Assembly: GCA_050273025.1 (NCBI GenBank)
Contig: CP158635.1
Location: forward strand, 18,786,001 to 18,850,000
Length of the DNA stretch: 64,000 nucleotides
Direction: 5' to 3'
Origin: Cenococcum geophilum
Lineage: Eukaryota
Shown: positions 49,322 through 63,377 of the stretch, one piece after another
Layout of the letters: every line of letters begins with the position of its first letter
Position numbering within the stretch: position 1 is the first letter of the stretch
Notes under the pieces: generated by a model
Database searches by the model: none
What the model was told of the DNA's origin: nothing
What the model saw: only the letters and a program-made list of their open reading frames with translations
Program-made: the position numbers and the translations under genes

Positions 49322-52300
49322 TGTTACGGCTTATACAAATGCCTCTAAACCAAAGCTTGTAGAATGCTGTATTACGAAGATACTAAGCTAAGGAGCAGAA
49401 GAAGGTCGAGGAAAGGATACATCTATATACACAAGCCAAGTCTCCAAGCGAGCCCCTAACTAGGCTGCATGTAGACGTCGCATAGGGCGGTGCCCCAGCG
49501 CCGTTATATCACCCCCCTCTTCCAAAAAAGCCTGCCCTTAGGCTTTAGCCCCTCATAGAGAAGAAAGAGAAAAGAAAAAAAATCTTACATCTAGCGCTTA
49601 ATCGCGATGCTAGTTAATATAGGACTTATAGCAGTCCTGCAGCTCCTACTACTATAAGGTATATTACTATACCTAGTTGACATAGGGCAGGCAGCCGTCC
49701 TATAGCTCCTACTGCAGCGAGGGGTCTATTACTAGGAGCCCTCCGTTAGTCATCATTCCTCCTCCCTCCTCCTAAAACTCCGGTACCTCCTAGCTATACT
49801 CTCCCCCCTTTTATTATAGCGCGCCCTAAGCTATAAAAAAAGCCCCCCTAGTCCCCCTCTTAGAAAAGTAGGCGTAAAGGTTTAATAAGGGTGGGAGGGT
49901 TAGGGAGTTACTCGCATACATATCAGCATAAGTTCTTGTCCATTCGGTAGCAGTACAGTACCAGTAACGGGTCGTTCAGGTAGCAGTATAATGCTAGCAA
50001 TAGGGTCGTATTCTAGGGAGCAAAGCTCTACCTAGTTATATTCGGGTCGCAGGCGTATTAGCGCAACGGGTTATCAGGGTATAGTTCCGCAAGCATATTA
50101 GCACAGTGTCTTATTAGTAGTGGTTTGCAGGCGTATTAGCGCGGTAACTTATCGGGATTATAGCAGTACGGTGCTAGCGATAGGCCGTATTTTAGGGAGC
50201 AAAGCTCTACCTTATATACAGGTGTTACCGCAGGCGGAGTAGCAAAAGTTGGTTAGCTGCAGGCAGAGTAACAAGGGTTGGCTAGCTACTAATAAAGCAA
50301 TAAGGGTTAGTCGGCTGCAGGTAAAGCAGTAAGGGTCTATTATAATAGCAGGCATATTAGCGCTATTATTTAGTTAGGTTTACATTTAAATTACGTTTAG
50401 GTATTATTCAAATCATATTTAGGTTATAGGCGGATCATAGGCATAACGGCACGATTGGTCTATCGATTAGACTATAGGCGTAGCAGCACAGTTGTTATTA
50501 GGTTATAATAGCAGGCGTATTAGCGCTATTATTATCTAGTCAGTTAGCTACAGGTAGAGCAGCAAGGTATTGTCTAGTTGGGTAGTAGTACGGTACTAGC
50601 GTTAGGTAGTAATAGTAGGTCGAGCATAGAGCTCGTCTATTAATAGGTCGTAGTTCTACAGGCGTATTGGCGCGAAGCTTATTAATTTGGGTAGTAGTAT
50701 GGTGCTAGCGGTAGGGTCGTATTCCAAGGGGCAAAGCTCTCCCTTATATACAGTTGTTACTATAGGCGGGGCAGTAAAAGTCGGTTATAGACTACAGGCA
50801 GAGCAGCAATAGTCTATCATAGTGCTGCAAGCAAGGCAGTAGAAGATAATTCGCCGTAGGCGGAGTAGCGGAGGTCAAATTAGTATTAGCTATAGGCAGA
50901 GCAGCTAGAGTTAATCATAGTGCTACAAGTAAGGCAGTAAGGTATTAGTTAGCTACAGGCGGAGCAGTAGGTATTAATAGTAATACTATAAGCAGAGCAG
51001 TAGAAGGTTAATTAGGTTACTATAGGTAGAGCAGTAGGTGGTCTATTATAATAGCAGTACGGTACAAGCGTTAAGTGGTAATAGTTAGTTAAATATTTGG
51101 AGCTCGGTTTATTAGCTGGTCGATAGATTATAGGCGTAGTAGTATAATCGTTAGTTAATAGATTGCAGGCGTAACGGCGCGATCATTATCATAGTAGTAC
51201 GCGATAGCAGTTATATCAGCATAATTATCTCGTTTATAGATCACAGGCGTATTAGCGCAATCGTTTAGTCGTTAGACTATAGGCATAAAGGCATAGTCGT
51301 TATTAGGTTAGCATAGGGCATATAGCCGTCCTACTATTGCGAGAGGTATATATCGCTAGGAGCCCTCTATAGTCATCATTCCTCTTAGAACTCTAGTACC
51401 TCCTTAGCTCTACTACCCCCTCCTTTAATATAGCGCGCCCTAAGCCATAAAAAAAAGAAATATAGCTCGCATGCGTATTAGTATAAGCTCTTATCTATTC
51501 AGTAGCAGTATAGTACTAGCGTCCAATAGTAGATAGCAGGCGTATCGGCGCTATTATTAGTTAATTAATCGCAGGTATAACGGCACAATTAGTTAATCGG
51601 TTTATATTTAAATTACGTTTAAATTACATTTAGATCACAGGCGTAACGGCGCGATTATTATTCAGTTTATCTAAATTGATTTCGTTATTGAAGCTTATAT
51701 AGCTTAGTATTAACCTTATTGTTAGAGTATACAAATACTTAAGGTAAAGCTTATATAACTTAGTATTAACCATAGTCGTTCCTTAGTATACGTAGCTTAG
51801 TGTTAGTTAAAAAGGATCACCGTAGGTGGAGAAGAAGACGATTAAATCGGTTAGGGAGGCAGTTGATCGTTGACGAACTTATACGGTCGTTATTAAAGTC
51901 GTAGTTCGTGTCGCAGGCATATCAGCACGACGGTCGGTTGGGTTCGCATTTAAATCGCGTTTAGGTCGCATTCGAATCGCATTCAGATCGCAGGCGTAAC
52001 GGCACAATCCATCTGTCGGTTTCTTAAGGTCTACTATTAATCGGTAGGTAGTTTAAGACGTTATTAGTTATTTAAAGGTACGCTATAGAGTTAACAGGCG
52101 TATTTAAATACTTAGATTTAATTAAGGATATTACTATAAGTAGCAGATATCTAGGATCGATTAAGAACTTATAGGAATGCTGTTATAACTTAGTATATTA
52201 AATCGTTATCAGAGGTATTAAAAGAGGTATTAAGAGGGTATATATTAATATTTCGATTCTTATTAGAGGGTTAAAGGTATTAAAGAAAGAGTGCGCTTTA

Positions 52301-53775
52301 ATATTTGAGTATAGTTATATAAGGGTAAGCTGTTATATAGCGTTTAATTTAATAAGATGCTATTAAAGAGCAGATTCGCATATTATTATTTAAGGAGGAC
52401 TGCTGTTAAGTAGTAGGTAGTTTAAGGGTAGTTAATAAATAGTATTAAGAGCGTATATACTAAGGCGTACGTATTAATATTTTAATTCTTATTAATAATT
52501 AGTAAGACATGCTTTTATAATAGTAGGCTGTCTTATTTATAAAAGGTTATATAAAAGGCTATTAAGAAAAACGCGTTAATAGTTTATAAGAGGTTATAGA
52601 GATAAATAGGCTCATCTATAGAGCTATTAGAGAGTACCATAAATTAGAATAATTCTCCTAATCTATTCTCCTAATTAAGAGTACTATAAATTACTTAAAT
52701 TCTCCCCTAGGTTTCTAGTACCCCTATACATAGAATATAAATATATTCGGCCGTAAGATTAAGGGACTACCTAGGTTAATAGTAAGGTTCGGGTCAATTA
52801 TATACGGTAGTTATTAATAAGAACTTAATAGGTATCTATAAGGGCGTTTATAGGTAAGTTAGAGAGTTATATTACAGGTATATTAGCGCGATAGGTTATC
52901 AGGTTTAGGGTTTTAAGGTAGTAGTATAGTACTAGCAAGTCCTTCTTAATTAATTTCATCTCTTCTTATACAGCTTAGTATTAATTAGGGTGGTTATTAC
53001 AGCGTAGTTTATACCAGAGGATATAGGTAGGATTTATTCTAGAGGACTTCGCGGATAATATACACCTACTACCTAATAGCACGGCGCGGGTTATAAGTTA
53101 GCTTATCTTAGCTATTAGCCCGAACCTAATATATACTAAAGAACTTTGTGGACAATATACACCTACCGCCTAATAGTACGGCTTAGGTTATATCTCAGCT
53201 TATCTTAGCCAATACTACAGGATTAGTACTAGGCTTAGTGACAGGATTACTATATTATTCTTCGCAGTATTAGGCTAAGTCTCAACTAAGGTCGTCTCTA
53301 TAGCTTATACAACTCCGTATTAGTTAAAAAGGTTAGGGGGATAAGATATTCTTACCTTCCCAGGCAGTTGTCCTTATCTATAGAAGACCTTCTAGCTGCT
53401 TAAATACCGGCTCCTAGTATTAATGATAGCAACTTAACGCGTCGACGACGCGCAGCTAGGGGTATTTAACGCGTGTCCCCTTAGAACACGTGGAATGGGG
53501 GTAGGAGATTATCCAGGCCTTCCCAGGTAAGGTAAAGAGGGAGCTCCAAACAAATAAAGTCCCCCCTAGGTGGGTAAGCTTAGTATAATGTTACGGCTCG
53601 TATAAATGCCTCTAAACCGAAGCTTATAGAATGCTGTATTATAAAGATATTAAGCTAAGGAGCAGAAGAAGGTTAAGGAAAGGATACGTCTATATACACG
53701 AGCCAAGTCTCTAAGCGAGCCCCTAACTAGGCTGCATATAGACGTTGCATAGGGCGGTGCCCCAGCGCCGTTACA
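49322..53775 (-). mobile_element. LTR retroelement, apparently non-autonomous (187-bp LTRs, 5-bp TSD CGGAG)
   Basis: LTRs 49322-49508 and 53589-53775 (TGTTACGG...CCGTTACA); CGGAG at 49317-49321 and 53776-53780; PPT GGAAGAGGGGGGTGA on the minus strand next to 49508; no gag/pol motifs recognised. Confidence 0.88.
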
Positions 53776-54372
53776 CGGAGCCGCGGTACTAGCCGAAGAT
53801 TTACTTCTATTTTAGGTTATAAAAGAGGTAGATAAGCTTTATATAGAAGACGCGTATAACTAAATCGGGCCTATCTATAGTAGTCTAGCTAGGTAGTAGC
53901 TCGCGGGTAATCTTATTCCACTTAGGGTTAGCACTAAATATAAGAAATATACTAGGACGGCTATATTTATAAATAATAGCTATTAAATCCTAATAGCACT
54001 AGCCGATAAAGCGATCTCCGCTAAAAAAACTAGATAGAAGGACTACGCGGCGGCCTAATAATTTAGGGTCCAGATTATAGCGTGTAAGAGTATTTATAAC
54101 GCTATTATATAGGTCTACACGGAGGGTTATTTAGTTAGAGCAGATCTAGGTAAGCTTATTCTAATTATATAGCGCCTATATATCTATAACATACTGCTAA
54201 AATAGCTAGTAGTAGGTAAAAGGGACCAACCTAGAGTTGTTATAGACGTGTAGGTAGAACCAAAAGTATACCTACTAGGTTAAATGGTCTCGCTAGTAGG
54301 CTTAATTAGAGTTGCGTAGCTAGAGACCCTAGTGCCAGCCAGTATCACTACGAGGGAAGAGTAGTACGTAGT
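53776..54372 (-). mobile_element. Helitron middle segment (Helitron_like_N region), now inverted
   Basis: Minus strand YVLLFPR(G)DTGWH(W), LF(Q)QYV.D.W, LR(A)DLYN, ILPSSF.(G)GDRF, ANPKW..I.RELL, RP(D)LV.RVF; continues exactly from 41814 and into 49316. Confidence 0.88.
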
Positions 54373-57300
54373 TATTTTTATTTTATTTAAATTATATACC
54401 GTTTTAGCTGCCCTAAGGGCGCTATACCGGGTCTTCTATTTTATAGAGGTAGATCCTAGGTAATTACCCGTCTTACCTATAGTAGTAATTCTGTAAGGCC
54501 CTTATCTGCCTATCTACTACATACTATAGGTATATAGTGCCTAGGAGAGAAGTAAACGCCTATAATTGCCAAGTCTAAATTAAAAATCGAACGCTAGAGT
54601 AATACAATTATAAGGATATATGTAAGTAGGGTAAGTTCCTATATAAAGGAGATAATCGAAATTAAATAATTAAAAAGTAGTGAGTATACAAATTACCTCC
54701 GTTCTGTACCGTATATTAGAGCTAGGCCTATTTTACGGGCCTAGAGTTCTTACTTTAATACTATCCGTCTTCCGCTAACGTCGCGTATAACCACTAAGAG
54801 AGACTTAATTAGTCACTTTAAGTCTATTCCTAGCCTCCAGAAACTACCCTAGGAGGCCTATTTATACTATATATTATACTACTTTCTTTACTAACTATAC
54901 TAGGTTTAAGATTAATTTATAGCTCTAAGGTTAGCTATTATACGGCTAAACTACTTTCCTTAGATCCTTAAAGTTAGGGCATTCAATTAGGACGTGTCGC
55001 CCTATCTATTTGTCCCTGTATATACACCTTAAGTCAGGCGCGCGTTTAATCCTATAGAGGTAGCTTTTAAGGGCCACCTTGCCTGTACGGATCTATATAA
55101 GGGTAGCAGAGAAAGCCTTTAGTAAACCCCCGTACACCCTTAGTCTCTGCTTTAAGATTTTTAGTGCTAGTCTATACAATTCTCTCCCGGTCTTTCCTGT
55201 CTCCTACTTATTTACCCAATAGTTTCCTAGTCTTGCTTTAGTCGTTCTCTTTACTACAGATAATAGGCTTTAGAGTGACGGGAAGGTAGGGGCTTTTAGT
55301 CTTATCTCTCCTCCTTCTCTCTACCCCGTTACCATCTTCGCTAAGATATCCGCTTGTTTATTCCCCTTAATATCTACATATAACGGGACCTAGTATATTG
55401 CTACCCGTATGCTTAGCATTTATATAGCTCGTAGTCTTTTACGTACCCCGTGGACCAGGTACTGGCCTAAGTAGTTTTATAGTTTAGCTACTGCTTATAT
55501 TACTGCTTAATTGTCCGTAAATATTGTTAATCTTCTAATTATTAGCGGGTGCTTAAGTGCTAGGTTAAGAGCTAGCTATAGCCCTCTTAGCTCTCCCGCG
55601 TATATTATGCTGACTTAGTTCATTCCTATATAGTTAGCTACTTTAGCTCCTAATTCGGGAATATACGCTAAAGCTCCTACCTCTCTGTTAATTTCACTAC
55701 CGTCTATATATGCTAGTACGTATTTTAGGTTGTTCTTAGCTTCCTATATAATTTGGTTATATTTAAGCTTGCCTACTTCTATCCCTTTAGTAATATAGAT
55801 CTTTGGTAGCTTAGTCTATGGGTAGATGATTTTTAGACGGATTACTTTTATAGGAGGTATCTCTTTTCTAAGGCGGAGTAATACCGTATGCTCTAATTTC
55901 TGGAGAGGGCTGTACCATTTAAACTTTAATAGGGCGGATCTCCGTAGTTGTTAAATCTTATAGTATAATAGCGATCCCTTAATTCGGTTTAGAAAGGACT
56001 TAACCGTTTAGTAAAGCGATATTTTAATTAGTGGAATATGCATCTCTACTTCTAGTTTAGCCTTAGTAGTAGTTCTAAAAGCTCCTATTATAAGGCAAAG
56101 TACTTTATACTAAATTCGTAATAGAACTCAGTAAATATTCTTTATTCTATTTATAAAACTACGCCCTTTATCTAGTATATACCAGTAAGAGGCTATATAG
56201 AGTATACGTGGCATAACTATAGCTGTGTAGAGTTGGCGCATGTATTTAGTTATAATACCCTATATAAATCCTGCAATGCCTAAAAGGCATACAAGTTAGC
56301 TTATAGATCTTTCCGCCATATAGTCTAGGTGCGCTTTCCCTATTAGCTTATCGTCTAATATAACGCCAAGGTATCTAGCTTTCGTTATTAGTTATACTAT
56401 TTAAGTTCTTCCGTCCTTTAGTGTGAGCGCTAACGGACATTTACGTTTCTCTTCCGAGGCCTTCTTCCTAGGCCGTACAAAGTGGATAAGTTTATACTTT
56501 TGTGGTGCGAATACTAAGGCGTATCTATATGCCCACTTCTCTGCTCTCTTATGCAGCATTAATAGCGTCTTTATTATCTCTTCCGTGTTTCTCCCGTTTA
56601 CTATTATACTTATATTATTAATATACCCTATAACTAGGCCATACCTTAGTCCGTCTTCGTCTATAGCAATATCTAAGAGATTGGCGTTATAGAAAAGGTA
56701 TAATATTAGCGATATTGGTAAGCCTTAGGGAATTCCTATTAGTATAGGGAATCTTTCTAATATTCCTTCTGGTAGTTTAATACATGTAGACCTTCCTATA
56801 AGGAAGCTTTGGATCTATTTAACCATTAATATAGGGATTCTTCGTTTCCGTAGGCAGTAAATAAGCCTTTAGTATAATACGTTATCAAATGCTCCGCTTA
56901 CGTCGAGCATAAGTAGGCTTACTATGTCCTTATCGCCCGTTTGCCATACAGCGTATATCTTCTCTAGAAGGAGATATATCGCGTATTTATAACCTACTGC
57001 TACTCTTCCACCCGTATAGGTGCGTAGTAGGAGGCCATAGGCGTCCGCTATAAAGAGTATCCGTTTTATAAGCACTTTGTCCATAACCTTACCTACTATA
57101 TTTAGTAAGGCTATTGGCCTATATATCTTGGGGTCCTTAAAGTCTCCTTTCTTTAGTTTTTTCAGTGCTATAGTAATTAATTTTCAAAAGTATATAGGGC
57201 AGTATTCTACTATAAGGTATTAATTAAAAAGTCGGGTTAATAGTTCTTTTAGTTCCTTTATAACCTTATAGAGTACGCGGCTTAGGAGCTAGTCCTTCCC
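54373..57300 (-). mobile_element. Tad1-like LINE, 3' half (RT, RNase H, C-terminal Cys/His domain, A-rich tail), now inverted
   Basis: Minus strand begins GKD(Q)L(P); RPIALLN, LMLDVSGAFDNV, GIP(Q)G(S)PIS, RYLGV.LDDKL, RNase H Y(T)DGS..., (W)VP.(H)...GN(E).AD; A-rich tail aaataaaataaaaata then TSD. Confidence 0.9.
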
Positions 57301-58638
57301 TATATTAGGAAAATTTTTTTCAGGCTCGTTGTTGCAGTTTGCGGCAATTTACGGCAAACTGTACGGTCGCGGCAGTCGTATATGGTCTTGTGCGGTTTAC
57401 GCATTTTGCGGTAAACTGCATAGAGCCTATATATTTTGCAGTAACTTACAGCAAACTACACAGAGCCTGCGTATTTTATAGCAACTCGCAGTAAACGCGT
57501 AGAGCCTATATATTTTATACGTTTTGTATATTTTATATATTTTATATATTTTATATATTTTATATATTTTATATATTTTATATATTTTATATATTTTATA
57601 TATTTTATATTTTGTATATTTTATATTTCTATATAACTATATAAAATGTAAAGCTATTTATTAAGCAATTAAGATAAGGGGGATACTCTTTATAAAGGCT
57701 CTAAATTATTAATTGGCGGTATTCCTAACAATCTGCTGGCTATATACTGATTTCCTAACTAGGCCTAGTGCCTGCCTGCCTGCCTACCTACCTATCTATC
57801 TGTCTGTCTATCTGCCTATCTACCTATTTACTTACCTACCTATTTATCTATTTATCTGTCTATCTATCTATCTATTTATACCTACCTATGCCTACTTGCC
57901 TATGCCTACTATCTATACCTACCTATCTGTGCCTACTATTTGTGCCTACCTATCTATACCTACCTATCTATGCTACCTGTCTATGCCTACCTATCTATAC
58001 CTACCGTCTATGCCTCCTATTTATGCTACCGTTTATACCTACCTATCTGTAATTTAGGGGAAAGGTTAGCCCGATTGAAGGCTCCGCCTAATTTAATTGA
58101 TTGATTAATTGTATTAATTCGAATCGTTCTCTATGGCCGTTCGCTAGCTATATATTCGAACAGTGGTCGTTTAGGGTGCCTACCTAAAAGGCCTTAATTT
58201 GATTCGGCGACGGGCCGATATTAAAGCTCTGGTTTAATTTAATCGATTAGTTAATTGAATTGTTTGTAGCGTTTGCTAAATAGTTATTTAAACGGTGGTC
58301 GTCTGGTTCTAGCGACGGTTATCTACTAGCTATTGTTTTGGTGTTTCCCTAGGTAGGGAGGATATAAGGAAGGGTAGAAAATAAGGTGGCTACCTAGGTA
58401 TATATAAGGGGTATCTTGGCAGAGGTATATGTAGAGGCTATTAGGAATATAGCGGGGACCTAATGCAGAGCTTTGTGTAGAGCCTCCGTATATAGAGCTT
58501 CGCGCAAAGCCTTATGCAGAGCCTTTATACGTAGAGCTTCGTGTAGAGCCCTATGCAGAGCTTTATATAGAGCCTTATATAGAGCCTCGTATAAAGCTTT
58601 ATATAGAGCTTCGTATAAAGCTTCGTATAGAGCCTTGT

Positions 58639-61600
58639 CTATTATTTATACGCTTGTGGAGAAGAGGATTAATTAATCTAATTGGTGGGTACGGGCTTAA
58701 AGGCATTAATTAAGAATGGGTATATTCGCAAGGCCATTTGTAGGGGATTGCCCTGCCTTAACTAAACGTGATGCCTATAGACCTGTGCGCAAGCATATCG
58801 CTGCAGTATCTATTTATAAAGCCTAAAATATACAACTAAAGAAAAAGGTGTAGGTGGGAGGGAAAGCAAGCAAGTAAGGCTTAATTTTGTAAATGTTGAT
58901 GATGTTGGTGTTACTAAGATATAGGGGTGCTGCTGCAGTGCTCGCTTAGCCACATAGATATGTCTATCTATTATTTATACGCTTGCGGAGAAGAGGATTA
59001 ATTAATCTAATTGGTGGGTATAGGCTTAAAGGCATTAATTAAGAATGGGTATATTCGCAAGGCTATTTATAGGGGATTGCCCTGCCTTAACTAAACGTGA
59101 TACCTATGGACCTAGAAGCGCAGCGCCTGTACCATATAAGGTAGAGTAGGGGGAAGAAAAAATAAAAAATAAAAAAGGGGGGGAAAGGAGAGATTTAAGT
59201 TAATATATTAGAGTGCCAAAATAGGCACTCCTGCACGCCGTTATACCTAAATACCTTCGCCCATTATATCTAGGGCGAGTAATAATAAGAACGGTATTGG
59301 CGTTCTACGTTAGAAGTTTATACTTAGCTAAAATAGGTCTTTTAGGGATAATAAACAGTAAAGCTGGAACGCTTATAAGGACCACCAGCCTAGTTACTAT
59401 ATTTAGCCGTCTGTAAAACCGTTGTCTTAAGCGTATTAAGCAGCACCTTTCTAAAATAAGTGTCCGTTATAGAGCTTAGAGTAAAGGCTAAGAGCGGTAA
59501 CTTTATACTTTAGCTTATTCCTAACCGCGTAGCTTATAAAGGCCGATCTCTTAAAGTAAAAGAGAGGGGCGTTTCTGGGTTGGGGGTTATTTTTAAATAG
59601 GTGTTTTATAGCTCAAACTGCGTATTTAGGTTGCCCTAAAGTGGTAATCATAATTAAGACTCCTTAGTAATTAACGTCCGTTTTACTACGCTTTAGACGT
59701 AATATTATATAGTCCTCTGCTAGCGTTATATTATTTCTAGTATATTTTATAGTAGAGAAGGCGTAGCTATCTTTCTAAGCCTTAGTATAGGTGATCTCGC
59801 CTAAACAAAGAAATCCTATAAAGGCCGTGGTAATAGCAGTGTTAAAGTTAAGATCCTTAATAGATTAGGCATTTGGGGTAACTAATTAGGTAAGGATATC
59901 TTTAGTAATTGGCAATCTTTTAGCTATAGTAAAGGGATTTATAGATATTGCACCGTCTAGGATCCTTTTAATAATAGGATTATTAAAGACGGAGGTGTTA
60001 TAATTAGCGTTAATATAGTAGGATTAAATTACGGAGACGTAGGCTCTAACTATAGCAGGCTTAATACAGCTTATTCCTAGACTAGCATTACCAAAGATCT
60101 GTTAGGTAATCCATTTTCCTAGGTAGTAGAGGGGCGCTAGGTACTTCACCGCTCCGTAAAGGTTACAGTAGCCCTCCTAACTTTTAATTACGGGACGGTA
60201 TAAATCTCTTGTTCTATTAGAGAGGCTATGCTATAATAGTTGGCCAAAGCATTCTAAGGGGGCTTTTACCTTAATCTAGAAATTAGGTAGGGGGTCTTTA
60301 AGAGGGACCAGGTCTCCTATTTTAGCGTTAGATTAAATGTAATAAAAAAGCGTATAGTAACGGTAAATTAGAAGTATCCTAATATAGGTATAGTAATAAC
60401 ACCCTATCGCGATTAAAACAAGATAGAGTATTAGCTAGCCCGTTTTCTATAGAGGAAACCCACTCCGTATAGAGCGTAATATCATAGGCTGCGGCCAGTT
60501 AAAGGATCTTATGGAGCGGGTAATTACCCGGTCCTTTTACTACCGTATTTTAAAATTTTAAGAGTGCTACTATATTATCTATATAGATATAGACTAAGCT
60601 ATACTCCTACTACGTTACCCAGAGCTAAAACGAGGTCATAATTACTCAGACCTCCCGCTCATTAATTAGGGCAAGGCGGTGTTCTGTATTAGGGTAGCAG
60701 CTTAAAGAATTATCTTAGGGTAGAGATACTGAATAGGGCGGCCATGTTGTCCCTTAAAAATCCTTAAGGAAGAAGAAGGCCCCATAATTAAGAATCCCGA
60801 ATATGTCTAAAAAGAGATAGAATTATTTTTAATCCATATTATTAAAAAAAAGGATACTATTTAAAAGGGTAAGAGCATCCCTTTACCATAACAAGTCTTG
60901 GCGAAGTTTAGCTGTTAGCTATTAGTAAGGATAACTACCTACCTTTATAAAAGTGGAGATAAACTCCTAGATAGAGCGGTTATATAAATGCCTAAGCCTA
61001 ATTACCTGGGCGCTCTAAGCAAGTTTACTAGCTAGTTTTTAACTCTGAACTAGCGTTAGGAATCTACCACTTAACGCTTTATTAATCTCCTTAATTGTAG
61101 TAGCCTGTTTTAAAGGAGAAAGACGCAGCTTAGACTTTAGAGTATCTATAATATAACCTAGGACTTTAGCCGTAGTGCCTTTAATATTCTTTAATTTATT
61201 TCATGGGATGCCTAATTTATTACTTAATTAGTTATATACACTAAGCAATTAAGGGAAAATAGAAGCGTTAGAGAGTATAAAGATAAAGTTATCTAAATAG
61301 TGCTCTAAGGCGGCGTTTGGGATATATTAGATAAGTATCTAGTGGAATCCCTCCGTAAAAAGATTAAATAAAAAGGGTGTAGTTCGAAGGCCGAATAAGA
61401 GGCAACGTTTAAAATATACCACACCCTTCTAGGAGAACCCTATAAGGCGTTAAGCTTTAATAGAAAGTGGGATATTCTAAAAGGCGTCCTTAATATCCCT
61501 CTTAACAATTATATAACTACGGCCTATATATATAACATATTAGAGAACCTAATTAACTATTAAATATTATAGTGTAGCGAATGCTATAGGGATTAAGTTA

Positions 61601-63377
61601 TTAACAGATCGGCTAGATAGTAAGAATAAGTTATAAATACGGCGCTATCCCCTATCCGCTTTAGGTACTAAACCTAGCGGCAAGGATATAACAAGAGACG
61701 TTACTATTATAATTCTGCCTATATCTAGATCGGCGCTAATCTTCTCTAAGATTAGGACCGTATTTGTGGCTATTAAGGCTTAGTTCTTCTAGGAGAGGAG
61801 CTTAATTTTTAGGTCTGCCCTAATCTGGTATCTAAACTTTAAGATACTAATAATATTACGTTAGAGGTTACTAGGGTATAGGGATAGATAACGCCCCCAC
61901 GCTTAAATAATTAAGGGGGAGGGAGAGTTTTGTAGAGGAGAGGAGGGTAGAAAGACTAAAAATAATAGTATAGTATTTAGCCTACCCGTACTATAAGGGT
62001 AGAGCATAGTTTCGGCGGAGTATAGGTATAGCTTAATAAAATTCTCTTCCTCCTCTTCCTTTTCCTTATTAACACTTTCCTCTAGTAATTACTACTTATA
62101 ATTCCTCGTAGCATATAGGCCACCGCACTTACTATAGGTATACGGGAACTTGCAATCCTTGCCTAGGTTATACTTCCCTCTATTAAAGCTATAATAGGTC
62201 CTTAAGATATTAGTACTTACTTACGCGCGTTTTAAGATAGATGCAAATTTATAAGTACTAGGATTGTAATAGATATCTAGGAAGTTACTAGAGATCTTCT
62301 AGTTAGCTAGCTTTAACTAGTTCTTTTAAATAACTATAGAGTGGTGCTTTAAGGCCATAGTTATTAAGGGAGTAATTTAGTAGGTAGTAGATAGCTAGAT
62401 AACTTAATTATAAAAGGCAAGTATTTAGGGAATAAGATCTACCGAAAGATTCTTATATATAACAATTAAAATCATTATATAGTTAAGGAAGCCCTCTACC
62501 TACACTTTAACGGACGGGTAGTCCTTTATTATCCCTTCTTTTAGTCTTATAAAAAGGACGCTATTAACAATAAGGATATTATTCTAAGGCTTAGACTAAA
62601 GCTGGTGTATCCAGAGGCGAGAGAGGTTATTAGGTAAGAAAGTACCCCGAAATACCTTAAGTATCTCTTTATTTAGGACGCTAGGGAAAAGGGTATTTAG
62701 GATATTAGCTATAAATAGGAGCAACTTACCCGGTTTATTAATTAGGGTTAAGGATAACACTACCGTAGCTAATCTCGCTGTTACTATAGCAAGGCTTAAT
62801 ATATAGAGTTTAGTCGCCCGATCTTCCTATTCTTTTTAAACGCGTAGTATTTTGGTACGGTTCTCCTATTCCTAAAGGAGTCTTATTTTTTAGTTGGTTG
62901 CCTAGTCCTTAACCTTCTTTACCTAAGCTCTTCTAATCCTTAGGTCCTCCTTATATAGTTACTGGAGCCGTTCTTTAGCTTTTTTAGCGGCTAAAGTCTC
63001 GCGTTAAGCCGTGGAGAGAGGCGCCATTATAGAGGATAGAGACTATAACGCCGGCGTATCGCCTAAAAGTGTAGGGGAAGGTGAGGGAGACTAGTAGGTA
63101 ACCTCTAAGGAGTTTAGCTCGTCAAGTGTGTCGTTATTAGTTAAGTTTTTAAGGTTTTTATAGATAATTTACGAAGGTTTAGACGAGCGTATAGGTTATT
63201 AAGTTATCAACAGTAACAATTAATTATTAGAAATTAAGTAAATAAGGCATTAGCTCTTAAATAAGACTAATATAGAAAGCAAGCAAGTAAGGCTCAATTT
63301 TGTAAATGTTGATGATGTTAGTGTTGCTAAGATACAGGGGTGCTGCTGCAGTGCTCGCTTAGCTACATAGACATGTC
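58639..63377 (-). mobile_element. Ngaro-type tyrosine-recombinase (DIRS-order) retrotransposon, structurally complete, RIP-inactivated
   Basis: Split direct repeats A1 (63273-63377), B1 (58968-59113), A2 (58862-58964), B2 (58639-58783); gag Zn finger ~62100-62200; RT (KRDI.DAF, FGLRT.PF.FN, HYL(DD)F); RNase H; YR (GFL.LGEIT, G(HSF)RKGAA, L(G.W)....F.LY). Confidence 0.9.
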
